Origin: Macrostomum lignano
Taxonomy: Eukaryota
Length of the DNA: 64,000 nucleotides
Reading direction: 5' to 3'
Assembly (NCBI GenBank): GCA_002269645.1
Contig: NIVC01000868.1
Span: forward strand, 62,001 to 126,000
The notes beneath the pieces are model-generated. The model worked only from the letters and a program-made list of their open reading frames with translations. It ran no database searches and had not been told where the DNA came from. Of this stretch, positions 1-12,400 are shown piece after piece; within the stretch, counting starts at the first letter, position 1; the number at the start of each line of letters is the position of its first letter. The position numbers and the translations under genes are program-made.

Positions 1-4
1 GCTA

Positions 5-838
5 TTAGCGGACATGCGGCTCGTATGAGCGATGGGACATGTGCACAATGGGGACATGCGTGCAATCCGTGATAAAGAACCCTCTTTCGACCCATACCAG
101 ACTGGTTCCAGCACCAGCTGAAATCGCATCCGCCCCGAAGCAGCCCTCATCCTCGTCGTCGTCCTCGTCTTCCCCCTCAAAGTCCGCGTCGCCATCTTCA
201 TCGTATTCCTCCTCCTCCTCGTCTTCTTGGTACTCCTCCGCCTCGTCAAAATTTTCCTCGCCATCTGGGAACTGCTCTTCATCGTCAGCCTCTGCGCCTG
301 CTGCCGCCCCCATCCCTCCGATCTCGTCATCAACGAAGCCCGGGTTGAAAACGCCAGCAGGACCGGAGAATCCGCCGCCGAGGCCGCTGCTGAAGCCACC
401 ACGGTAGCTGCCGATAAAGTCGCCGCCACCAAAGCGAGGGGCGAAGTCTTCTTCCTCCTCGTTGTCATCCTCCTCTAGATCGATGTCACCGCTCGTGTCG
501 CTCGCCGCAGCCGCCGCAGCCGCCAGCAGAGGCTGTCGGTCCCTCGACTCCCAGGCTGCGAAGGCCACTGCAGACGCCTCTTCATCCATTGCTTCATCCA
601 GTCCGCTGCCGCTGAAGGCGCTGGCGTTGTCGTCAAGTGAAACCTGATCGCCGTCCATAAGTTCGTTTTGGCGGAAGTCCAAGGAGCCCAGCTTTTGTCG
701 GGCAGCCTCCGCCTCCTCTTCGTCCAGCGAAATTTCGTCTGCGGAATCTCTGAATTCCTCTTCTTCCGCGGCGTCCGCCTCTGCCTCCGAACCGTCAGAT
801 TCCTCCAGCTGCGCTTCCTCCGGCGGCCGGGGACGACC
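5..838 (-). CDS. Probable exon of an unknown gene; very acidic (D/E-rich), low-complexity
   Basis: ORF 5-682 is strongly D/E-biased, and the same frame stays open and acidic upstream (EEAQLEESDGSEAEADAAEEEEFRDS) to a candidate acceptor gctcgcag at ~839. No domain recognised and upstream exons not resolved. Confidence 0.5.
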   Translation of the reverse strand, partial: GRPRPPEEAQLEESDGSEAEADAAEEEEFRDSADEISLDEEEAEAARQKLGSLDFRQNELMDGDQVSLDDNASAFSGSGLDEAMDEEASAVAFAAWESRDRQPLLAAAAAAASDTSGDIDLEEDDNEEEEDFAPRFGGGDFIGSYRGGFSSGLGGGFSGPAGVFNPGFVDDEIGGMGAAAGAEADDEEQFPDGEENFDEAEEYQEDEEEEEYDEDGDADFEGEDEDDDEDEGCFGADAISAGAGTSLVWVERGFFITDCTHVPIVHMSHRSYEPHVR

Positions 839-2914
839 TGCGAGCCATTTGGACCGTACATGATTCGTACATGATTCGTAAATGATTTGCCACTATCGGC
901 AACATTTGGGCTGTAGCGGTTACAGCACTCACTAGTTTTTCCAACATTTAAAAAAGTTTCCTTTCTGAATGCAGACACAATACAGTGAAATGTTCCGAGT
1001 AATCCTTAGTTTGGTTCAAGCAACTTTCAAGTCTACACTACTCAGATGCTAGCGATGGTCAATGATTCCTTTAATAAACGTGAGATTTTTATTAGAAATT
1101 TGTTCAGTTAAAGAATTCGGATAAGTCTTCTAAGGTGTCAAAGCTAGCTCATACACGGGTTCGGATCTGAACCGGTTGTCTATCATCATCGCTTGGACAA
1201 CGGACCTTCGAGACCTTCAGCGCGATGACAAATACTCAGAGGGACATTTTTAAAGATTAGGTCGAGCCCTTGGCTGCTCGAGTCCAGCAGAGTTGGATAT
1301 TTTACAGCAAATTTTTCTAAGCACTTTGCAGCTGCACTTACGAAATGGCGTTGCGTCCAACAGACGACTCAACATGTTGAACTGATGCCGACGGACGCAG
1401 CTCAGGGAACTGCAACTGCAGAAGTGCTGGCTACTGTCGCTGATGTCAAGGACTTGAGCTGCCAATTTAAAACTCAGCTGACGTCAGAAAGCAGCTGCGA
1501 GCAGATTTAAAACAGGCAGAAGAAATGGCGAATGTGCAATTTTTATAGCGAACTAAGACAGTGAAGAAATGCGAGGCCCCAGCCGCACACGGGGCGCCCA
1601 CGCAGAGAGAGAGACACGCCCTGAGCAAAGCATTCTTCTGCATCAGAGCTGCACGGCAGCGGCGGTGCACACTGGCAGCACAGCGGCGCAGTGGATTCTG
1701 GCCACAATGACCACAGGACAATGTAAAGTCTTCCACTCAAGCGGCGGAGAGAATGTCTATCAAGGGAAAGGGTGTAGAATCAGTCGCAAAGCAAAGTGCC
1801 TCTCAGCCCTGACCTCATTCTGCTGGTCAACTCAGCTCACTCAGCACCCCTCAGACCCTCTTCTAACAAGCGACAATGAACCGCCTCATATAGATAGATG
1901 TGGAGGCTACAAACTCTGTGCTTGACCGCTGAGTGCGAGCGTACTTGATGCCATTTGTCAGGGACTGGAAACTCCAGCTGGCCCAATTAGTGCTGATAGC
2001 AGTTAAATTTTCAGCTAATTCAACCGCACTGATTTGGTCAGCTGTGAAAGTTTGACGAGCAGTTTGCATCTTTGTCAGTCAAACTACTAACAGTAGACAA
2101 ATTGGCTGAATGCCGCAGTAAAACTGGTTGGGGCTGATTTTCAGCCCTGAATTTGTTCAGCGAGTCTGGAGTATCGAATCGGCGCTGGGCTTGCTAGAAA
2201 TTGTGTCTGCATGGATTTCACCGAACCTTCAGGACTTCGTCTTGTAGGGTACTAATTTTAATTTTACGGGCTCGTATCCTCTTGTCAAGCGAGGGTTTCA
2301 GGGATAAATTGCCGTCCTTGGTGATTGCTAGTCTAGTAATTAGCTTCTGCTAGGGGAGAATCTATTGGCCGAAGTGCATTTTGCTCGCGCCACGGGTTGG
2401 CTCCCGGGGTTTTTAGCCAGTGCGACCCTCGTGCAGGCTCCCCCATTGCTCTCCTGCTCAGGCTGTCTTCTCATCCTTCACTGCTTTGAGGTTTTGCCTT
2501 GCGATGCAACTGTACACCCCGCCTGTCTCCCGCCTTTCTCCGGCAAGCCGCTAATGCTCTGCTTTAATCTTCTGTGGACTGGAAAATGCTTGAAGCGCTG
2601 TCTAACTAGGGGGCCACACTTCCTGCTTCACAGAGTGCGAGCTCAAGCAACTCGGGGGTTCCTGACTGGCATTGTTTTCCATAAGCTTCTAGGTGAGGGT
2701 GGCCAGATCCAGCACTTTGAGCACTGCAGCTGTGCAGCAAATCCCCATTCGATCCCTTCCTCGCCTCCCCTGCCCACCGTCCACCCAGTTGCTTCCCGTC
2801 TTCCCCGCTCCCTCTGTCTCCCCACGCCTCAAGTCAGGGCCTGCACTGATTAAAGTTGAAAGGCACAGGAGACTCGGAGAGACTCGGTGCGGTGAAATCA
2901 AACAGACCTCTTCA

Positions 2915-3092
2915 TCAACAAGTCTGGGCAATGGACTCGGGACCGTCTTCTGAGCAGCAGGGGGGCTGGAGAAATCTGAGAGGGATGAGAAATCATCAGC
3001 TCCTGCCGCATCATCACCAGCCTCATCAAACCGTCTGGCGGGAATACGGAAGCTGGAGAAGTGAGGCTTTGCTTCATCATCTTTTGCATCCT
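2915..3092 (-). CDS. Possible small acidic exon (DAKDDEAKPHFSSF...RLVDEE), perhaps from the same minus-strand gene
   Basis: Lies within ORF 2689-3132, with a candidate acceptor tttacgaaacag and a weak GT donor. Composition is protein-like but no homology recognised. Confidence 0.25.
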
Positions 3093-3474
3093 GTTTCGTA
3101 AAATTCCAGCAAAATCGTGTATGAGTTTGCATTCCAAGATTTTAATTAGTTAAACAGCCTGCCTATTGCATGAGTCAATGCTCTGCGAGTTACCTTGCTG
3201 CAGTCAATGCAGCATTCAATAATAACAACCTTGAGCAAAGCGGAGTCATGCAACTCAACTGAAAGCATCTCCTGCAAAGGTTATAATTAGTCTTCTATAG
3301 CTGCAGTCGGTGCACCTGCCGGGGGCAACCTGCTGCTCGGCCTTCGAACAGGTGGCCTGTCAAAACCTGAATTTATTTCTTGCTGCTGAGCAGTGGTTTG
3401 CTGATTATGGCTGTGCAGTGGCGTGACTGACTTGACCTCACTTCAGTGTTCTGAGTTTGACGCCTACCTGAAAG

Positions 3475-6400
3475 CCGGACTCCCCCCAACCTGCCGCTCA
3501 GGAAAGACAGCTGCGGCGATCTGCAGAGCCGACTGAAAACCCGGAAGCTGCTTGGTGTTGGCGAGACGGACGACGGCGACGTGCACCGGTCGAAGCTCAG
3601 CCAGATCTTGGGGCACAGCGAGCAGCTGTACCTGCGCCTCCCCTGGCCCGTCAGGGCCTACCAGCTGACCGCGGCTGCCGCTCTGGCCGGCTTTGGAATC
3701 TCCGTGAGTTCCGCGGCCACGCGGCTGATCGCCCTTGCAAGAATTTTGCTGGCTTTTGCTAAAAATAGAAACAGCTTTGGTGAAAACGGCCCTTCGGCAC
3801 AAAATGCATTAGCGGGGTACCAGATCCTTTACCAACATACGACTTAATAGCAATGTAGCTATTCGAGCCTTAGATACCTATAATGCAGCTCGCCATGTGG
3901 GGGTCTGGAATAAAGTGGTCAATCTATTGTAGTCAAACTAGACCAGGCATGCCCTGATGGCAAGCATCGGCCTTTTTGTATACGAGTAGATCTTCCATGA
4001 TTTTTCCTTTTGCTGCATCCTCTTTCAAAGAATTACTTGGCTCTTGCTAATACTTTTATGCTTGTCTTTGCGCAGTGAGGGATGAGGCACAGAACTATAG
4101 AGTGGTTTAAAGAGTATCCGCCACCTCCCTGCAACTCGGGCCGTAGGAACAGTGCGAGCCGACGCGTGGGCCGTCGAACGCACTTTTGCGATCCCCAGCC
4201 GAAGAGGGCCTTCCGGCCGGGATGTGGGATTCGGGATAATTTCCCGTGCGCTACTCCCCTGCTTCATCGGCGAGCTTCTGCGAGCGCCGAAGAACAAAGC
4301 TGCTGCAATCCTGTGCGCTTTCTCTTCTCTCAAACAGATCGACTTTCCGTAACAGAAAACCCCAGGCAAACGGAGACTGAGGGAGGATGCTGGGCAAACT
4401 GCAGCGATGATGAGCCGAGAGGAAGAGGGCAGGGGAGACTGAGGGAGGTGTAGTCAGTCGCTGTAGCGAACCGAGGGAAGCCTCTATGAGGCCGAACTCG
4501 GATCCGTGCCAGGCCTGATGGAGAAGTCATGCTCAGCCTCCTCCTCATCCCCATCTCATTTGCAGGCCTGCGTCAGGCCGGGACTGGCGCTCGGAGCGGC
4601 CGGAGAGGCGGGACTGCCGGCCAGGCTGTGCGGCGGAGGCTGCATCAGTGAGTAGCCGAGATGCAGGGATGAGTTGCAGCCGTGTTGGCCGAGCACTTAC
4701 TGAGTGATCGCTGCCAGCTGAGCTGTAAACATCCCTATCGCGAACCCTGACCAATCACTGAGTGATCGCTGCCAGCTGAGCTGTAAACATCCCTATCGCG
4801 AACCCTGACCAATCACTGAGTGATCGCTGCCAGCTGAGCTGTAAACATCCCTATCGCGAACCCTGACCAATCACTGAGTGATCGCTGCCAGCTGAGCTGT
4901 AAACATCCCTATTGCAACCCCTGACCAATCTTTGTGACGGCATTTCCTTAGCTCAGATTTAGCTAAATCTATCTCATTATTCCATGTCAATTTCGAGCTG
5001 CCAACCGAGTGATGAATTCATTGTTGCTACGAGCATAGATTGCGGTAAACTGTTTGAAAGCACTGGAAATGCGTAAACCTTGATGTGAAATTTCTGCTTG
5101 CTCAACCTTAATGCAGCCTCCAAATCAGGTGCTGCTCACGCTGGTCCCTGAGCGTGGCCGCCTTGCTCAGGCGGCAGTAGGCCGGGCTTCGGATAAAGGC
5201 AGGTCCGCCTCCACTCTGCATGGCAAGGAGAGACGGGCCGATCAGCTCAGTCTGACGTGTCTGGGGAAGCTGAGAGCTGCAGATCCACGCCCATCGCTAA
5301 TTTGATGAAGAGCTCAATCAGGGACGAGATGCGGCTAATGCACCCAGCATCCGCCTGCATCTGTCTCTACTCCAAATTACTCGCCCCAAAGCAAGCGACA
5401 CCGCCTTCGCTATGAAGCTCAATTTCCTTCCTCCCCTCAGCCGTGGCCTTCGTGCTGTGGCTGGCCTGGCGCTCCGAAGACCGCGAAGTGGTGCGCCTGT
5501 CCCTGACGGCGGCCGCTGCCCACTCCGCCGTGCAGCTGCTGGGTGAGTGGACGAGGGGCGTCCTTCCTGGAGCCATGGGGACAGGGAGATCCTCCCGGCT
5601 CTTGCTACACTCAAGCAAATGTGCAAGCAGAAAATTCCAGCCTTTATCACTCTTCAAACTTCTGCTCACCTCTGGTCGCAACCCCCTCTGAGCCCCCTCA
5701 CTGTCCGCCTCAGCCCCTCAATCTGTTATCTGTCTCTCAGGCCCCCACTCTGTTGTCTGTCTCTCAGCCCCTCAATCTGTTATCTGTTTCTCAGCCCCCC
5801 ACTCAGTTATCTGTCTCTCAGCCCCCCACTCTACAACAACAACAACAACAAAATACGCGGCCCCGCAAGCAAAGTCAGTTAGAGCAGGGCGCGTCAGATG
5901 GCGCGCCGCAGAGCCTGGGAGCGAACGAAATCCGCTCCGTTGGCAGTGTCGGGCGCCCCAGCGTCGCACAGCAGGCAGTCCACGTATCGACGGGTTCGGG
6001 CCTGACCCCGCCTGAACGGGCCCTGCAAGGTGAGCAGCAGGACGTCCTGAACGGGTTGGGGGCAGTAGCCCTCGGCCCGGATCACGTGGCCCGCCAGTTG
6101 GAGTCGCCGTCGGCGCAGGATGGTGGACGGGCGCTGCAGCTTGGCCCGATCGTACAGGGCCTCGGTCCCGACGCTCTCGTCAGCTCGAAAGGCCGCACGG
6201 AGCAGCCCTGAGTGCGCCGAGTCCAGCTGCCGCTCCAGCGTAGCCGTCAGCGTCCACGTCTCGGCGTTGTAGAGCAGGACGGTTTCGACCACCGCCTGCC
6301 ACAGCCGAGCCCTCTGGCGGTCGGGCAGCGCTTCGGACTGGAGGACGGCTCGGATCGAACGAAAGGCCGCCCAGGCAAGTCCTCTGCGCCGCCGGAGGTC

Positions 6401-9400
6401 TTCTTCCACGTGGGGCACCAGACCGCCGAGGTAGGTGAACCGCTGGCAACGTGCGAGCCTGGTCGTCTGCCCGTCTGCGCCGCGGCATGTCAGGTCTGCT
6501 GGGATTTCGGCCGGCACAGTCAGCACCTCGGTCTTTAGCGTGTTGACAACCAGACCGACGCTCGATGCTACCTCGACCAACCTGTCGATCTGGCGCTGGG
6601 CGCCTCCAACAGACGAGGACAGGAGGGCGAGGTCGTCGGCGTAGCCAAGCACGCTTAGGCGCTTTTCGCCGTGGCGGCGACCGATGCGTCTGCGCAGCAG
6701 GAAGCCGTCATTAGCCGAGGGGAGTGCGGTCCGAAGCACCCAGTCCAGCAGCAGCACGAAGAGGAACGGCGCCAAGGTGTCTCCCTGCAGAACTCCTGAT
6801 GAAGTGTCGAACAGGTCAGACAGGCCGTCCGCCGTCACCACAGCAGCTCGAGTATCGCAATACAGCGCCATGACAGCGTCGATTAGCTGCTGGGGCACCC
6901 GGTAGGCTCGAAGGACAAAGGGGAGAGCGGCTCTCAACACCGAGTCAAACGCCTTTCGGAAGTCAACGAAGACAATGATCAGCGTAGACTGGCGGATGCG
7001 CGCCTCCTCGATGACACGGCGGAGTGCGAGGATCTGTGTCACTGTACCGCGTTGCGGCCGGAATCCGTTCTGCTCGTACCGCAGGTACGGGTCCAGCACC
7101 GACTGCAGACGATCGAGCAGCAGCCGGTTGAAGAGCTTCGCGGTGCAGGACATCAGCGAGATCCCGCGGTGGTCTTCTTTCCGCGTTGTCCCTGCCTTCT
7201 TCGGGATTGGCACGATGTGCGCGACGGTCCACTCGGTGGGCGCAGGAGCGCCGGCGAGCACGCGGTTCATGACGCCTGTGACCTGGGAGGCCACACAGCG
7301 GAGCCGCAGCGCTTCGACCGGGACTTCGTCGGGGCCGAGCGCCTTGCCGCCTGATGTTTTCCGAGCGAACAGCACAACGTCCTCCGTGGTGACTGGTCTG
7401 GTGCAGAAGTCCTCCTCAGCTGGGAGCGGCGTGTCCAGTGGGAGCGCAAAGCTGGCGGGCAGCGGCGATGCGGGCGCGTTCACAATGCCGGCGAAGAAGT
7501 CGCGCAATTCATTCCTGCGCTCCTCCGGAGTGTCGCCGGCCAGATTCAGCGCCACGCGCTTTTTGCGCCCCGTCAGAGTCCGGACGGCCGTCCACACTGC
7601 GCGGCTCTTCACGTCGGGGCCGGCTGCAGTGATGGACCTAATGGCGTCGTCGACAGCGGCCTGCTGCCGCTCGTCAAGAAGGCGCTCAAATGCGTCTTCA
7701 GCTTCGCCTGTGGGCCTCCGGTTTCTGCGGAGTCGCTCGATGTTGAGCCGCGCCTGCCTGATGGCGGGGTCGCTCTGCCAGGCAGGCAACAATTTTTGCG
7801 CTGGCCGCATCAGCGGGACCGTCTGCTCTGCAGCGGCTCTAACGGCGGTGCTGATGTCGGAATACTCCGCCTCGCGCTGGTCTCCAAGCGAGCCGACGAA
7901 GGCACCCGCAAATTGACGCTTCACACGGGTGTCCAACAGTGCACGATAGTAGCGCCGTGGCCGCTGCTTTGGCGGTCGGTAGAGCTGATCGCGGAGCCGC
8001 AAGTCGCAGATCAGGAGTCGGTGGTCTGACCGGAGAGCCAGCGGAGCCATGGTGTCGCAGTTGGTGACGCGGCGGCGCTCGCGAGTGCGAACCAGCGCAT
8101 GATCGAGTTGCGCCAGTCTCCTCGTGGCATTCCGCCCGCGTGCGTTCCGCCGCCTTCTCTTGCAGCCCGCAAAGGTGACCAGGCGGGCAGGGGGCTTGCG
8201 GAACTGGGTGTTCGCGGACACCAGGTCCAGCCGGTCAAGCAGGTCCTCCAGCGCATCGGTGTTGGCGTTCTCGCGTCCCGCGACAAAGGGCGAGCGCTCG
8301 GACCTCCGCGGGACTGCGTTCAGGTCTCCGAGCACTGCCAGCGTGTCGCGGTTTGGCACCTCTTCCAGCTGCCCAGCCAGGAAGTCGAAGAAGGCACGCG
8401 CCTCCTCGGGGTGAGCAGCGGTGGGTGCATACGCGCAGAACAGCCGGATGCAGCGGGCGCGCAGTCGCAGGTCGACCCGCATCAGTCGCGAAGACAGCGA
8501 GATGCAGTGCACGCTCTGCTGGAGGCGCGGTCCGATCAGTACGCCGACACCGCCCCGGCCGCGGTTGTCTGCCGACGTGTACAGGAGGCTCCAGCCGGCT
8601 CCGAGGTCCTCAGAGTGGAGCCCCGGCTCAGCCACGATAGAAACATCCTGCAGCAAGACGAGGTCCAGCTGTAGGTCGTGGGCCAGCTGGACAAGGATGG
8701 TGCGACGCCAGGGGGCCTTCAGAGTTCGGCAGTTCATCGTGCCGAGCCTGAGGCGGCCACCTGGTACAGCTGGGGCCAGATGGAGGTTGGCCTCATGGTC
8801 CCCGGCGCCACCCGGCGGATCCATAGTTGAGGTAGCAGGGACTGGGGAAAACAGGCGCCTGGCCGCGCCACGGAGTCGCCCTCGCCGGTTGCGCTCGCGC
8901 CGCCGCTCAGTGCGACGTTGCGCGCTGCGCTGACCTCTGCGAGTCCCTGCTGTGCTGAGCTTTGCTGCCGCAGCCGAAGCGCGGCCGTCCGAGCCAACCG
9001 AGGTCATCCGCGGCCTGATGATCTGGCCGCGATGCCAGGAGGTGTCAGCACGATTTGCACGGGTGTGCAAATAAAATGGCTCTGCAAATAAAATGGCTCT
9101 GCAAATAAAATGGCTCTGCAAATAAAATGGCTCTCTGTTATCTGTCTCTCAGCCCCCCACTCTGTTGTCTGTCTCTCAGCCCCTCACTCTGTTGTCTGTC
9201 TCTCAGCCCCTCACTCTGTTGTCTGTCTCTCAGCCCCTCACTCTGTTGTCTGTCTCTCAGCCCCCCACTCTGTTGTCTGTCTCTCAGCCCCTCACTCTGT
9301 TGTCTGTCTCTCAGCCCCTCACTCTGTTGTCTGTCTCTCAGCCCCTCACTCTGTTGTCTGTCTCTCAGCCCCTCACTCTGTTGTCTGTCTCTCAGCCCCT

Positions 9401-12400
9401 CAATCTGTTATCTGTCTCTCAGCCCCCCACTCTGTTATCTCTCTCTCAGCCCCCCACTCTGTTGTCTGTCTCTCAGCCCCCCACTCTGTTGTCTGTCTCT
9501 CAGCCCCCCACTCTGTTGTCTGTCTCTCAGCCCCTCACTCTGTTGTCTGTCTCTCAGCCCCTCACTCTGTTGTCTGTCTCTCAGCCCCTCACTCTGTTGT
9601 CTGTCTCTCAGCCCCTCACTCTGTTGTCTGTCTCTCAGCCCCCCACTCTGTTATCTGTCTCTCAGCCCCTCCATCTGTTATCTGTCTCTCAGCCCCCCAC
9701 TCTGTTGTCTGTCTCTCAGCCCCCCACTCTGTTGTCTGTCTCTCAGCCCCCCACTCTGTTATCTGTCTCTCAGCCCCTCACTCTGTTGTCTGTCTCTCAG
9801 CCCCTCACTCTGTTGTCTGTCTCTCAGCCCCCACTCTGTTGTCTGTCTCTCAGCCCCTCAATCTGTTATCTGTCTCTCAGCCCCTCCATCTGTTATCTCT
9901 CTCTCAGCCCCCCCCACTCTGTTGTCTGTCTCTCAGCCCCTCACTCTGTTGTCTGTCTCTCAGCCCCTCACTCTGTTGTCTGTCTCTCAGCCCCTCACTC
10001 TGTTGTCTGTCTCTCAGCCCCTCACTCTGTTGTCTGTCTCTCAGCCCCTCAATCTGTTATCTGTCTCTCAGCCCCTCCATCTGTTATCTCTCTCTCAGCC
10101 CCCCACTCTGTTGTCTGTCTCTCAGCCCCTCACTCTGTTGTCTGTCTCTCAGCCCCTCACTCTGTTGTCTGTCTCTCAGCCCCTCACTCTGTTGTCTGTC
10201 TCTCAGCCCCTCACTCTGTTGTCTGTCTCTCAGCCCCCACTCTGTTGTCTGTCTCTCAGCCCCTCAATCTGTTATCTGTCTCTCAGCCCCTCCATCTGTT
10301 ATCTCTCTCTCAGCCCCCCCACTCTGTTGTCTGTCTCTCAGCCCCCCACTCTGTTGTCTGTCTCTCAGCCCCTCCATCTGTTATCTGTCTCTCAGCCCCA
10401 CTCTGTTGTCTGTCTCTCAGCCCCCCACTCTGTTGTCTGTCTCTCAGCCCCTCAATCTGTTATCTGTCTCTCAGCCCCTCAATCTGTTGTCTGTCTCTCA
10501 GCCCCTCACTCTGTTGTCTGTCTCTCAGCCCCTCAATCTGTTATCTGTCTCTCAGCCCCTCAATCTGTCTCTCAGCCCCTCAATCTGTCTCTCAGCCCCT
10601 CAATCTGTCTCTCAGCCCCTCAATCTGTCTCTCAGCCCCTCAATCTGTCTCTCAGCCCCTCAATCTGTCTTTCAGCCCCTCAATCTGTCTCTCAGCCCCT
10701 CAATCTGTCTTTCAGCCCCTCAATCTGTCTCTCAGCCCCTCAGTCTGTCTCTCAGCCGCTCAATCCGTCTTTTAGTCCTTTTCTTAGCCCCTCAATCTGT
10801 TATCTGTCTCTCAGCCCCCCACTCTTTGTCTGTCTCTCAGCCCCCCACTCTGTTGTCTGTCTCTCAGCCCCTCAATCTGTTATCTGTCTCTCAGCCCCCC
10901 ACTCTGTTGTCTGTCTCTCAGCCCCCCACTCTGTTGTCTGTCTCTCAGCCCCCCACTCTGTTGTCTGTCTCTCAGCCCCCCACTCTGTTGTCTGTCTCTC
11001 AGCCCCCCACTCTGTTGTCTGTCTCTCAGCCCCTCAATCTGTCTCTCAGCCCCTCAATCTGTTGTCTGTCTCTCAGCCCCTCAATCTGTCTCTCAGCCCC
11101 CCACTCTGTTGTCTGTCTCTCAGCCCCCCACTCTGTTGTCTGTCTCTCAGCCCCTCAATCTGTCTCTCAGCCCCTCAATCTGTTGTCTGTCTCTCAGCCC
11201 CCCACTCTGTTGTCTGTCTCTCAGCCCCTCAATCTGTCTCTCAGCCCCTCAATCTGTCTCTCAGCCCCTCAATCCGTCTTTTAGTCTGTTTCTCAGCCCC
11301 TTGAAGTATCTCATCCCCAAACCCAGCGCTGCCAGCAAGGCGGCTCAGGATTTTCATTTCCGCCCGCACAGTCTCCAATGCCCGGATCTCAAAGCCCGCT
11401 AGATAAGATGAACCGGCAGCTCAGTTCAAAGCCACCCCCTGTGCTGGCTGCAGGTGAGCAGTTGAACTCAAGACCTAACAGCCTTCTCGATTTGCAGCTG
11501 CCCTAGTGAATCGAACTTGCATGCCACTGGGCCTAATGAAGCATCCAATCCCTACTCAGATCCCAGCTCAGCCTCGCTGCTCTCTCATTTCACCGCTTCG
11601 AGATTCCCTGACTGACTCGCCTGAACCGAGTCTTCAAAGCCACCAAATCGATTTTAACTGGTCGGCACGTTCCGACTAGCATTCCTGTTAGCTCAAAATG
11701 GGCAGAACACAGTTGAGTTCTTCGAGTTCCTGGAATGGAATGTCGTGGAAGAAGGTGGGGGAGAAAGGACAGTCAGGGAAGTAGGTTGGTGAGCAGAGTT
11801 GGGAAAGCATTCGGAGTGGTGAATGTGGGGGAGTCTCGGATGATGGCGGGAGAGATAGGGAGTTTGGGAAGAAGGCGGGGGAGATGGGGAGTGAGTCTGG
11901 GAAGAAGCCGGGAGAGATGGGGAGGGAGTCTGAGAAGAAGCCGGGAGATGGGGAGGGAGTCTGAGAAGAAGCCGGGAGATGGGAAGGGAGTCTGGGAAGA
12001 AGCCGGGAGAGATGGGGAGGGAGTCTAGGAAGAAGCCGGGAGAGATGGGGAGTTTGGGAAGAAGGCAGGAGAGATGTGGGAGTCTGGGAAGAAGGCGGGA
12101 GAGATGGGGAGTCCGGGAAGAAGGTGGGAGAGATGGGGAGTCCGGGAAGAAGGCGGGAGAGATGTGGGAGTCTGGGAAGAAGGCGGGAGAGATGTGGGAG
12201 TCTGGGAAGAAGGCGGGAGAGATGTGGGAGTCTGGGAAAAAAGCGGGAGAGATGTGGGAGTCTGGGAAGACGGCGGGAGAGATGTGGGAGTCTGGGAAAA
12301 CAATCCAATTAGGAATCGAGCTGGAATCGTAGGGACCGGAGAGCAGGTACAATGTTGCTGAAGGCGCCCTCACCGCCCGCAGTGCCGCTCTGCTCAGCAG

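Noticed and set aside
1250-1736. Two adjacent Cys-rich minus-strand ORFs as a zinc-finger gene
   Set aside because: They are in different frames with stops at the junction, show no recognisable finger spacing, and I found no convincing splice sites.
4025-4754. GC-rich stretch with several short ORFs inside the TP53I11 intron
   Set aside because: Every frame is broken by stops and no homology was recognised; possibly a decayed gene, but unsupported.
6212-8933. Many + strand ORFs overlapping the LINE, and antisense ORFs over Vsx, GID8, InR and the cGLR
   Set aside because: They are shadow ORFs of GC-rich coding sequence on the opposite strand or in another frame.
9110-11304. Three long ORFs (536-725 aa) and similar repetitive ORFs at 11688-12610, 13138-13530, 14437-15111, 17471-18160, 19122-19621, 19918-21069, 26267-26819 and 52320-53789
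   Set aside because: They are translations of stop-free tandem repeats or polypurine tracts, open in several frames at once, with no protein signature.
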